Shown here: positions 27,001 through 39,730 of the stretch, in pieces
Layout of the letters: each line of letters starts with the position of its first letter
Position numbering within the stretch: the first letter of the stretch is position 1
Assembly: GCA_964035545.1 (NCBI GenBank)
Contig: OZ037765.1
Location: forward strand, 34,347,504-34,411,503
Direction of reading: 5' to 3'
Length of the DNA: 64,000 bases
Source of the DNA: Bugula neritina
Lineage: Eukaryota; Animalia; Bryozoa
The notes under the pieces: generated by a model
Seen by the model: the letters and a program-made list of their open reading frames with translations, nothing else
Database searches by the model: none
What the model was told of the DNA's origin: nothing
Translations under genes and position numbers: made by a program

Positions 27001-28612
27001 CAAACATACCCATACCATTACTGTTACAGTTTAAGTTACTATTGCCAATGTGATTGCCGGTAATGAGTAAATATAACTTAAATTTATATGACTATTACTA
27101 TTACTATTAGTATTACTATCACTTTCAGTACCGGTCTAGTATCAGTATCACCTTAATTCAAAATCAATGTATAATTTATCAAATTACTTTTATATTATCA
27201 TTTATCAATAATATGTCTATCACTATGATATTATCATGATATTGATTTTTAATTTAAACATAATAAAATCATAGGTATAATCATAATGATAATCATAATG
27301 CTTAATTTTACTTTTAGTTCAGGTTCAATGATTTAAGAGTAAGTGAAAGTTACTATAACTATTGCCATTGTGATTGCTAGAAATAAGTAAATATAATTTA
27401 AATTTATATGACTATTACTATTACCAACACTCAGACTTACTCGGACTCACTCTGTCTCTAACTCTAAGTCTGAGTCTCACTCCACCAGAGTGAGAGTGAC
27501 ACTGAATTACTATAACTATTACTATAACTATTAGTATTAGTATTAGTATTAGCAAAATATATCAACCTTATGATTATCTTATTAGTTATTACAATATGTT
27601 CGGCATTGATGTTGAACTAAAAATATTAATAGTTATTACAATCACAATGACAATGCCAATATGATCAAAGACAAATGATTCCAAGCAGTTTCAGTTTGAG
27701 TTTGAGTTGAAGGTAAGTTATAAGTTGAAGTAGTACGTAAGTGGTAGTTGATACTGATACTATCAGTGATAGGTCTATACTCCATACCAATGAACTCAAT
27801 AATATTACCTATATATTACCATAAATTATATTACTATTAGTATTACCTATAATTAAAATATATTCTTTCTTTTCCAGCTCAGTGCTTCATACCCTCTACT
27901 TAGTCTAATGCCGCGCACATGACGAGAATGTGAGGTGAAGGTCACTCACAGCTAAAATCGCCAAGGATCTGTAATCCATCACTAGTAGTAGTAGTTCTAG
28001 TAGTCGTACTACCAGTAATCTGGCTTCGCTATGACACTACGAATTGAATGTTGACAAGACGCATGCATGTTTGCTGTTGGTAAACTAATTTTTACTGAAT
28101 TTTAATCATGCTAAGCTGCAACCTATTTTCTAATGAAATAATATATTCAATAATAATATAATAATTATAATAATTATCATTATAATATTTTATCATTTAA
28201 TTTTATAACTTTTACTTTTAGTTTTAGTATTTTGGTTTTACATCAAAATTTACATCATTATGATTATCATTATGATTACAAAATGAAAATAATTATCATT
28301 AATCATTACCTTTTAATTTATGATTATAATTAATGTTAGAATTACCACAATTACAATCATAATGATAATCATAATGGCATAATCATAATGCCAATGATAA
28401 TCACAATCGTAACACTAATAATAATAATAATAGTCAAACTCAAGGATTGAGCCAATGATTCAGATTGTCTAAATTTAAATAAATAAATTTCAGCCTTGGG
28501 TTTAACTTTACAGTTCACAATTTTATTTTACATTACGACTGAGAGTCACAGTAAGACTAAGAAAAAGAGTAAGCCATACCTTTCTTGCAGTTATTTTCAA
28601 AGTTTGTAGTTG

Positions 28613-28750
28613 TACTAGTACAGTAGTAGACCTAGTAGTAGTACTAGTAGTAGTAGTAGTAACAGTACTATTAGTAGTAGTAGTAGTAGTACTAGTACTA
28701 GTAGCAGTACTAGTACTAGTTGTAGTACTAGTATCAGTGGTAGTAGTAAT
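28613..28750. repeat. (TAG)n / ACTAGT low-complexity tract
   Basis: Direct; similar tracts at ~6300-6510 and ~55845-56045. Confidence 0.8.
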
Positions 28751-29810
28751 AGGACTGCGATCTTAGATGTAAGTCTAATGAAATACGAATAATAATAGTA
28801 TAAGTATAACTTTTACATATTTAGTTGTACTATAAGTGTAAATATAATGAGTAATAGTAAAACTCAAAGTATATACATTAACTCAGTTTAGCATTAATGA
28901 TAAAATATAATAATTATAATAAAGTAATATGATCACCATTACGATTATAATTAAAATTCTTAGTAACACTTTTATGATACTCAGTTTAATTTATTAATAT
29001 TAAACATTAGTTTGGCTACCACAAATAACTAATAAGTGCTACTATAGGTAACTGTAAAGATAAGTATAAATTTAACTATAACATAGACTATCAGCAATAA
29101 TAATATATCATATTGATATTAAACTATATATGGATAATGCAAATCATAGATCATACCTCATGATAATTATTCCTAATGATCTTACTTTTTATATGCTGAT
29201 GCTAATAAGTAGTAATTTTAAATTTGATAACTCATGAATGATGAATAAGATAACAAGAATAATACTGGACCTAGTAATACTATTAGTCCTACTACTAGAA
29301 TTTTATTATCTTATATTTGTAATACGCTTCTTTTAGTAATACTGCTGGTCAAAGTTAGTGTTAATCATATTTATAGTTAAATGTTGAAGGAATAAATTAG
29401 TTCATAACATAAACATTTCACTATGTGAATATGAAATTTAATATGAATATCCCAATTACACTTGCTGTTGCTCTTTAGAGACTAGAGTTATAACTTATAA
29501 CTATGATATAATAATGAATACCATTATTTTAACTAATCATATTACTCAGCTAATGTTAATGATAACTGTAAGTCTAAAAACCATTACGGTTATAGGTATC
29601 ACTGACTAATATTATTAATAATATAATCATTCGTTTTATACTTGTACCTATATTTATATTTATACTTATACCTATTTTTATACTTATGATCATATCTATA
29701 CTTTCACGTATGCTTGTACATTTTACTCATAGTATCAGGGTGGCAATCGAAAAGTCATAATCGATATGCTAATCTAATAATAGAACCAACTGCACTATTA
29801 TTATTATTAT

Positions 29811-32752
29811 TGTTGATTGACCATAGTTTTTTAGCTGGTGTAACCTTTTACCATTGGCCTAGTTATACTAGGCTGAAATGGCTAGAACTTTCCTCAGGAT
29901 GTGAGCTTATCCTGATCCTAGTAAGGGTGTCTGCTGAATTAATGAGCATTTGTTTTCAGCTACTCCAAGTAGTGTCAGCCAGTCTACAATCTTGTATAAA
30001 GCTCCAAAGGCTCCAGTTACAACGGGATGACTTTTTTGATGTTTTCCAAAGGCGGGTTTATTCTAGTGCTAAATTCTGATATTTTCCTAACTTTTCGAAT
30101 TTTTTTCTTTTACTCTGTAGTTAACAGGGACTGTGATATCAATTATCGTTGTTTCAGCATTATGCTTGTCAACTACTAATATATCGGGTCTCCTAACTTT
30201 GATGACTACGTCAGTGTGTATGTTAAAATCTTACAAGGTTTTCACATTATCATTTTCCAGTACTTATTCTGCTTGATGGCCGTACCAATTCTTACTTTTC
30301 TGAAACCCACGAAGTTCACACAACTACTATTGAAATTATCAATGCCAAAAGGTTGTGTTTTTTCTTATATTCTCCTTCTGCTACCTTCTCAAACTCACTC
30401 AATACGTGCATCGAAGTTTTGTCTCTTGCGTTACACATTCCACACTTCTTGCTACCCTGTTCTCTCATCATAGCCACTTTATAATTTCTAGTAGTGAATA
30501 GTTGATTTTGCGCAGCTGTCAGCAGTCCTTCTGTTTCCTTTTTCAGCCAACCATACTTCAACCAGTTCCAGGAAAATGCTTTCATGTCTTCCACCATTTT
30601 GATGTATTGACCACGTGAAGCTTTTCTTTACACTCATCAGTTCTTTCTATCACTTTATCATTATTTAGTTCTACCGCTGTTCTGTCTTTTAGGAAGGTAT
30701 TCAGTGTGGTGTTTCTATCAGTCTATGTTATATTTATGTAGTCTGACATGCTGCAGTTTTCAATCTTTATGCATTTTTCAGTTGACAACATTCTTCTACC
30801 GCCTTCCCTTCTGCTAAAATACAGCCTGCCTACATCTGCTCTCGGATAGGGTGCACGGTTTGTTGTCATTAGCTTCCTTGTCTTTCAGTCTATATTTTTT
30901 AGCTCATGAAACAGTTCAGTCAAGTATTCTAGCTGTGTAATGCACTGCTGTTACTGCCCATGTGTTTATTGCTTTGATTGTGTTCTCACCATTCAGTTTT
31001 GAATCCAGAACTTTTCTTATTTGTTTGTAGTACTCCTTGATCTTATTTTTCATTTCATATATTTGTATTCCATCAATCTCAAGAACTCCTAGATATTTAT
31101 ACAGCTTCTCACCCAGATCTTTGATTACCTGTTCATCAGGCAAACTGATTCCTGTGTCCTTAATTTTCTTTCCCTTTCTCATAACCAGTGTGGCACATTT
31201 TTTAATCCAAATTTCATTTCTATATTCCTTGTGAAGATCCCGGCAGTGTTTACCAAAGCTTCCAGTTCCCACTTTGATTTCCTATTTACCTTCAGGTCAT
31301 CCACATATAGGAGATGGTTTGTTTTCTGTCTCGTCGAAATTTGCATCATTGAGCCGCTTCTGTCATGCGAATCGGTAGTTGGAGAAAAGGGATAGAGATA
31401 AAGAGTCTCCTTGGAAAATTCTTAGTTTGATCTTTATTTCTCCTATCTTTTCTTCCAGGTATTTCAGTTGTGTTTTCCAGGTTTCATGCTTTTTCTTATC
31501 AACCTTATGACATTAATTGCTGTTCCAGTTGTTTGCATCGTTTCTAAGATCTAATTTCCTTGTCTTTACATATGCTCCAATTTGTTGCTAACTTTATTTA
31601 GTCATTCTGCATTGGTATTATTTTTAGTTGGCTGACCCCATATATTTTATCAGAATGCTTTTGATTTCCTTGTCAGGTGCCTCTTTAGATGTACGTATTC
31701 ATTTCCTCGTAATTCTTGATAAAAGCGCTTATCATTGTAAACATTGTGTCCTGATTATATTGATCAACTCATTCTGTATATCTGTTTATCTTCTGGCTTA
31801 CAGCTCTCAGGTTTTGCTTCAGTTTTTCAATCACTACACCACACTCTTTGTTCTTTATCCTATATTTTTCTTCAACCATTCTTCTCAATGAATCATTGTA
31901 AGCTCTACTTTTTCACTCTGCTATTTTACTTAAGTCTGATCTAATTTCTTTTTATTTCTTCTGCAGTCGTATTTTCCATACTTGTACATTGTCAGTTTTT
32001 CTTTTTCCTTTTTGTTACACACTTGTTCTGTTACTATTTTTCGCACAAGCCATGGTGGTGTTATTAAGCTCAATGGTATTAATAATCTCAACACAGTTTA
32101 GCACATCATTAATCTGTTTTACTGCCTGTAGTAATTTGACCCTCTCAATGTGCCTAAGGGCTCTTAGTGTTGGTCGATCATTAGTTTGTTATGCTCATTT
32201 ATAATTTTTCTACTAACACTTTTTCTACCTCTGAACTAGGTACTCTTAAAATTCTCATGGCTGATTTATATGCTATCTCATGTTGTACTATAACATCCTC
32301 TATTTGCAAATTTAGCTCTTCATTATCTTCTTCACCAATTGATGTGCCTAGTTCTTGCAAGGTTCCTTCTTCAATCTTATGGAGTTCTTCTTCCATAAAA
32401 TGCTTGTGTTTCTTCATAGTTCTTGCTTAATCCGCTAGTCTCTATTCGCTGATGTTAAACTCTCCTCTGTTTTCCAGCGTTTGCACATTCTTTTTAAATA
32501 ATTCTTTGATCCGGGTCTACAGAGCTCATACATTGTTTTTCTATAACCTCCCAATTTGGGTGTACTTTTGAAGCAGCATTTCATGACAACTTTGTTGTCT
32601 TCTCTTGAGTATCTTCTTTTAGTTGTGCCATTAACGGGTTGACGGCCGTAGGTTGCCTGGCCCTCCACATACCCACTGCCAGACGAGACATGCCATGTTT
32701 AGTTAGACATACCATTAACGTCGTTGGCTTTATTAGTTCTATTTTAATGGAT
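29811..32752 (-). mobile_element. Decayed RLE-type non-LTR retrotransposon (R4/Dong-like), nested in the 23-kb element
   Basis: Minus-strand RT motifs IFQGDSLS (~31395-31420), NHLLYVDDLK (~31290-31320) and YKYLGV; LKKETEGLLTAAQNQ plus a CxxC...H knuckle; HTDVVIKVRRPDI...IIDITVP restriction-like endonuclease. (TAA)n at both flanks; many stops and frameshifts. Confidence 0.88.
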
Positions 32753-33657
32753 CATATTATTATTTTTAATTATTATTATTATCACTATCAGTAGCAAATA
32801 AATAATTTTATATTTGTTATTAGTTACTACTTATAGAAATTGAGTGCCACAGCTTGAGGGTTATAAAGTCAGTCTTAGTCAATGTAATGGGGATGCTGAT
32901 ACTGACATTTGGCTTTGAGCTCATAGTTAAATTGCTAACAACTATACCTAAGGATAACAGGAGTATTAAAATGTTAATTTATAAGGATTATAACCTTAGA
33001 GTGGAGATATTATTCTCAATTTATTTAGTTTTTACTTTACTAACTTTTATTTTATTCATCAACCTTACTGTCTATTTAAATAGCAAACTAAAGAATAATT
33101 ATGAAGGCCTTTGAATTGAAGTACTTTTCTGTAGCTTATTAGATTTCAAGTATTAAAATAACATACTAAGACAGAATACCATTATATGAGCTAGATTAAT
33201 AAAGTAAAGAAGATTTCTTTGTTAATCAAAATATAGGTGTCACATATGCCTATTTTTAAGATTATGTTCTTATATGTGCTGTCTTTTTAATATTTTTAAA
33301 GTGCTACATTTTGAGGGTAGCCTACATCAATATGACTGCCCTGTAATTGCTTGTCAACTATAAGAGTTAGACCTATAAACTGTCTCATTTTCAAATTATC
33401 TTTACTTTTCTAATTGATGTTAACATGACTATTCCTATTAGTATTTTGGTGTTTACCATTAGTAATGTTTGAAGTAACATCAATATCATTGTTAATTTGT
33501 CTAATTATTCAAATTTTAATATTCATCATTTGTGAACAGTAATAAAATTTTGTCTTTCTTAAATTAATGTGATGCTAGATTAGCTACTCTAGCAAGTGTG
33601 TATTGTGCAATGAGTACTAATGCCATATTTTTGCACTTCTTGTTCTATATAATTTAG

Positions 33658-35725
33658 ATTTAAGGTAACAATTCCTAAAGCTATCACATAATGCTGCTAT
33701 CAGTTATAAAGATGTCACTGATCCAAACATTGAAAACCAGCTGAGTGCATGGAAGGTTGAAAACTTATTTTCTCTGGTTAGGTAAGTAGAAAGGTATTTG
33801 CTGTAATTTACAACTATTTTGTTTTCAACATTCTTGATGTTCATCTCTAAAAGATAAGTAGCACATAATGGTACCTGTTTTACTTAGCAGAAGAAATTAT
33901 TGTCAAAGCTCTATTACTACATTTTAAATTGTATGACACTCTTTTGACTACATTTGATTTCATATCTCAAATAATTATATTTCTGACTCATGAAACTGTA
34001 ACCACACACTTGAGAACAAAATAAATAATGATATGGAAGCTTTCTTTAACTTTGTCAATTTAGTCAACAGCCAATGACTGAAAACATGTTTTGTACACTA
34101 TTGATTGCCTCTCTATTTCCGCTATAAGGCAGAAACTTTAATCTCAAAATTTAAGACACTGGCAATTCTTCCCAATAATACGTTGTTCAAAACAAATATT
34201 TTTTGCCAAGTAATATAGTATTTAATTATATTTTTTAGTCAAAGAAATTTGTTTGGTTTCTTGTGTCATCTTGAATAGGTTGTTATTCATTATCTTTTTC
34301 TTCGTGTTATGGCTATGAGTGTATATAACCTTTGCTGACAGGTTTTTCCCCCATCACTATATGTTTCTCTGTTTACTCTCTAACAGTTTTATTTCCGTTC
34401 ATTTTTTAGAGTTTACTAAAATGACATGGGTGTGCTTTGTTGTGGCTCCTAATTGAGCGCATCCGTTGAGATTATTGGAAGTTTTGTTGAAACTGAGCTG
34501 AGGCCTCTTACTCCTAAAGGCAAGAATTTGAGTCATCTTAGCTACTTGTAGCATATCAACATCGAACAGCACCATTCCACTACTCTAAGCTTAAGGTTTT
34601 GGCTGCATTAGATCAACAGGTAAGTTTAATAGTTTGTATTTCGTACACTATTTCATGATGTCTGTTCAGCATTTACTTGGTAGCACACATTTATAGATTT
34701 TGCATTCTTTTAGTTTTTTGCAGTACAACTTTTCTACGCAACTATTACACTGTTGTTGCTGTTAATTGTAGTTTATTCTGCTTGACCATGCAATTATTGA
34801 ATTATGTTGCAAAGGTGATTGAGTCCTTTTATTTAATTTAGTACACACTGGAAATCTGCAGTTTTTAGCCATTTTTACATTTTAGCTGCTAATGAACAAT
34901 GCTTTTTGCTTAAAATTAGTGAGACATCAAGAAATACACCTAAATAATCAAGGTTCTTCTTAATTTTGCATGATTTCTCATGTTTTTTCCTATTTATTCA
35001 TTTCATTTGGATTGCCTACTGTTACAAACTAACCGTGGCGATCCCCAGTCAGAAGTTGCTGTAATTAGAAAAAAAGCATAAGAAATCAAAGAAAATTAAA
35101 AAGAGCCTTGATTATTTAGGTGTATTTATTGATATTTTTTTAGTTTCGGGCCAAAACTCATGTTCATTAGCAAAAACTTGAGATCTTCAGTATGTACTAA
35201 CTTAAATAAAATGAACCAATTGCAGTAAATTTCTGCATTTTCTAATACTTCTTAAATTTATACCTAAAATAGTGCTGTCTTAAGAAAATGACACTAGCTG
35301 CTGTTTTCATGTATGTGCCCCAATTGTATATAATGCTGTTGATTTGTTTAGTGCTTTTTCTATTTGTTTGTTATATAACTTTTCTTTTATGGTTGTTGCC
35401 AGCACCTAAAGCATTATTCATTAGTGTCAATTAATTTCTACTCACAGTTTTACTGTTACATAGTTTATAAAGCCCTTGTGTCAACTTTTCTAGATATCCT
35501 AATTAAAATTGTTCTACTTGATGAATGGCATAGGGCATATGCAATAGCAAAACAGTTGCAGGCTGTTTTGGAAAAAAAATTGTGCATATAACCTTTATTT
35601 TATACATGTTATTTAGGCTTTGGTAGAACTGTTGGAGAGCCTTCCTCTTGAATAAAGCTACTCAACTTCCCGGATTCTACTTTATTGACATTAACCCACT
35701 ACCTACAAAACGCCTTGAAATTTAG
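33658..35725 (+). pseudogene. Decayed spliced gene of unknown family inside the 23-kb element (exons ~33658-33781, ~33888-, 34410-34619, 35617-35725)
   Basis: Strong AG acceptors and GTAAGT donors around GC-richer islands; phase-compatible join ...HYSKLKVLAALDQQ|ALVELLESLPL; AATAAA at 35728; internal stops and frameshifts. Confidence 0.4.
34825..35212. mobile_element. Fold-back MITE (long imperfect inverted repeat)
   Basis: AAATACACCTAAATAATCAAGG mirrored by CCTTGATTATTTAGGTGTATTT; GCTAATGAACA mirrored by TGTTCATTAGC. Confidence 0.6.
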
Positions 35726-35785
35726 CTAATAAATTATGTATTTTGTGATTTTTTTTAAATGTACAATGTTATGTATAAATTACAA

Positions 35786-35828
<43 letters not shown>

Positions 35829-38800
35829 CTTTTACTACTTAGTATTACAGTGTAAAAAGCATTTCAGGGTTAACAATTTAATTAATTGGCCCTAACAGTA
35901 ATTTTGTATAATACAGATTTGCAGATGCTTTAAATGAACCCAAAAAGCTGATGTTGTTAAACAGTGTACAAAATAGTCACCTCATATCAGCCAGACATGC
36001 TTAGTCATTACCTAGCATTAAAATCATATTATGAATGCAGTCAAGTTTTGATATGCATCCCTATTATTGATAGTTTGTGAACCAGCAATTAAATATCAAG
36101 AAGCAATATTACTAACCAATGTGCTGGTTAAAGAGTTTCAAGTTGTAGTTATAGTATCAAACTATTATAATGGCATAAAAACTATCAGTTAAAACATCTT
36201 ATTAATATTTACTACAGGAATACATATTATAGGTGTGCTAAAAATCTGGTAGAAGCATCAATTATTTTAGATGTTTTGGATTTAGTATCTCTGTACTATA
36301 ATGTAATATACAGAACATCAGGTGCTGTCTCCACAGTGCATTGATGGCACTAATGAATATTAATACATGCAGGCAGTGTTGGTAATGATTTATTGAAATA
36401 GGAGTTTAAAAACTGTTTAAACAACAATGAAAAGCCTGAGATTAGTCCAAGGAGAGGGGTATTTCAAGCTAGCAGATGAGCAATATAGATGCGAAAGTCT
36501 TGCCTAAAAATCATTATTGTTATATCTAGTCATTAATTACTTGCAATAGATCTATTTCACTATTGAGAAGAACAAAATTGCTAGTAAACACTGTAATAGA
36601 GTCAAGGCACTTTGGCAGTGCTAGTTTAAAATAAACCTGGGATAGTCGAATAGCAGAAGTACTTTTTGATGCATAATATAATTATGTACAGCTTAAGATT
36701 TTGCAATACTGTGTTTTCAGTGCGATATTAATTTCAATAGCTACATTAAAATAATGTACAATTCTAGCAAGTGATGCAAAATCTTCTAAGATGCTATGAC
36801 TGTAGCAGTTTGCTACTAGTCTCAAGTAACAAACCAAATAGCCTTTCTTTGTGCCATCATCCAAATGCCAAACAAATAACTCATTCACTCTGTAACAACA
36901 AGGTGGTCTCCCAAGTAGATTGTTAGACATTTCAGGCATTAATAACCAAAAGCTTTTCACTTTGGCATAATTGTATAGTTACCCAGCTAAATAAATAATG
37001 TATTCATGGTATTGTAATTCCAAGCCATGCATTTATCTGTGAATGCAGCTAAGTATTTAATACGGCCATATATTTATGTACTATGTAGCAATGCCTAATG
37101 TAGCTGTCAAGCTTCTACTTATACTCATTTTACTGATGCTTTACTTCAAATTACATGATTACAAACATAGCAGTTCAAACAAAATTATTTTAGATAGGAA
37201 TAAATATAATGCTCCTAGCAAATGTTGTAAAACTATTTTCCAAAAACATATACTTTGCAAAAAAACTTTTCAGAAAGTTATAATGCATTTATCATATTAT
37301 TGTTTCATTTAAAAGTTATAATGATAGAATATTATACTTAAAACACACTCAAATTTTTAGATTCTTGTAATATTGTTAAACAAGAGTTAACAGTAAGATT
37401 GGCTGTAGAGTAGAATGTTTAGCTGTTTGTACTGAAGCTAACAAGTAACTGGCATTAAAAAGAGATGTAGATAAAAAGTGACAGAATAACAACTGGCTTG
37501 TATATTGGTAGTGCAAAAAGCTGTATATAACAGTTTAAACAAATACCCATTAGAATAAATGGTAACCCAGTACTTAAAATGTGGTATGTCATAATACATA
37601 TTTGTGGTGTATTGACTAGGCTAGATCAACACATAGCACTATATAATTGCTTTAGTATTTACAATTAGTTTGTAGTCTGGTGGGATTTGTTGATAGCCAT
37701 TGTCTTTATTAACATAACAGTTTCATAAAATTAGCAGTTTTCCTTATTCACCTAGTTAATTTTTAAGATTTATGTACAATATTTACATATTAGGATATAA
37801 AAAATATCTTCAACCAGTGAATATCAAAATAATGATTAAAGACATATTTTACGTCATATTTTTGTGGCAATCTAAATAATAAGCTGGTCTAAATTGTACT
37901 TGTGCAAACAGAACCAGCTCATGAATATATGTTGTCTTTTTTTAACTTGACAGTTAATCTAATATGGATGTGTATTTTATACTTGCTTTTGTGTTTAAGG
38001 TGATAAAATTGCACTGGTAAGGTAAATAAACGTTGCTTGTTTGGCATGCTTTTGCGTGGCATTGCATATTATGCTAAACTAATGGCCAGTTTTGCAGTAG
38101 CTTCAGCATAACCTTCAAAAGAATGCAAATATCATCTAATTATTGTAAGCTTTTTAAGTTAATTTGTCTAGCTATAAACACATGTAAAACTATTAGGCTA
38201 TTCCAATTTCACGATATACATAGCTCTATAATTCTGAAAAACTGCTAGGTAGAGTGGAAATTAAACATGATCTATTCATTGCTAAAGTATTACAGCTATG
38301 AATAATATATATGTGATTACCTGAGTGATATCACAATCTTCACTTGCTAAGTTAGTTTAAATACAGGAAAAAAAATTAATCTGGAGAAAGATTATATATA
38401 TGAGAAGCTGTTTTTGTAATAATTTCCTGCTCTAGGGTGATTTAGAAGAATTGTTTTAATGCAAAACTTTTGCATACATGAGTTGAATAAAATCATTGAG
38501 AGTTTTATGAAGGTCTATTTGTGTATAGGTAGCCCTAATGCATGTCACAACTCAAGTTTTTAGATTTTATGTAATTTGTGGTGCAAAGTTGCAAATAAAA
38601 ACCTTATTTTAATAATACTTAGACATATGCAAGCAATAAAGATAATGAAAAAAATGCTATAGTTGCTAATTAGCTAATATTACTTGCATATGATGCAAAT
38701 ATTTGTATGCATGCATGTTTAGTTTATTAGCATTGGTTAGATATAATTGAACACAGTTGGTTTAAGGTCATTACTTTCCAGATTCAGGCACTGCTTTATG

Positions 38801-39654
38801 TTATATATAAACGGTTTCCAGGGGATAGCTCGAACAGTTTTTGTCTCACATTAACAAATTTTACATGAAAAGATAGCTCTTGCATTCCTCTTTTATATAC
38901 TTTTTTAATTTTTCAATAAAAATTTTTTTGAGAAAGTTGTTGCATAATAAGTAAAATTTTACACCCTCCATGTTCCACTGCTGTAGCACAGGGGATTCAT
39001 TTTATAAAGTATAAAAGTTAAACTTGACATTCCTTGATATGTTTTCTCTAATATACTTTCTTTGTTTTTTAAAATTCTGTTTATGCTCTTCACAATTTGG
39101 TAAAAACATACACCATTTTGCAAGTTTCACTGCAATTTTCTAAATTCTTCATATGGTGGTTCTAGCTACGCTCCTGTGACTAATTATAACATTCCTAGTA
39201 CGTTTGCCGCTCTGCGCTATCACAATAACATATAGCACCCTCTCGCACAAATTGGCAGTCTATTGGATTTCTGCCGATATAATGTTCCCTGTTTTACATT
39301 AGCACTTAGCTGAATCATCTCACTATGTTACAATAATATATTGAAAATGCCTCAGCACAACATAATTCTTTGTTTGTTTGGCAGAGTTAATTTCAGCTAA
39401 ATCACTTCACTTTGCAGTCTTGTCAGTAAAGGTCTGTCTATAGAGCAGCAGGTGTACTTTCAGTTTCTCTAATTCACATATGATTATTTTAAGTACATTG
39501 TATTCTATAAGATCAATTTAAGGTTTAGTCCAGTGTTCAGTATCTAATTATTATGCATGTATGTTGTCTTACTGTTGAACAAAAGTTAAAAAAAACTTTA
39601 CAATTATAGCCATATTTATTATACATGCGTAGGATTTGCATAAGTTGACAAAAA

Positions 39655-39730
39655 AAATTGCGACAAAACAGGGTTGAACCATAACCAACTAACTCCTCGC
39701 TGACGCCTCTAACCTCTAGACCACGCAGTC
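39655..39730 (-). mobile_element. tRNA-like degenerate repeat head
   Basis: Minus strand GTGGTCTAGAGGTTAG (A-box-like) ... GGTTCAACCC (B-box-like). Confidence 0.35.
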
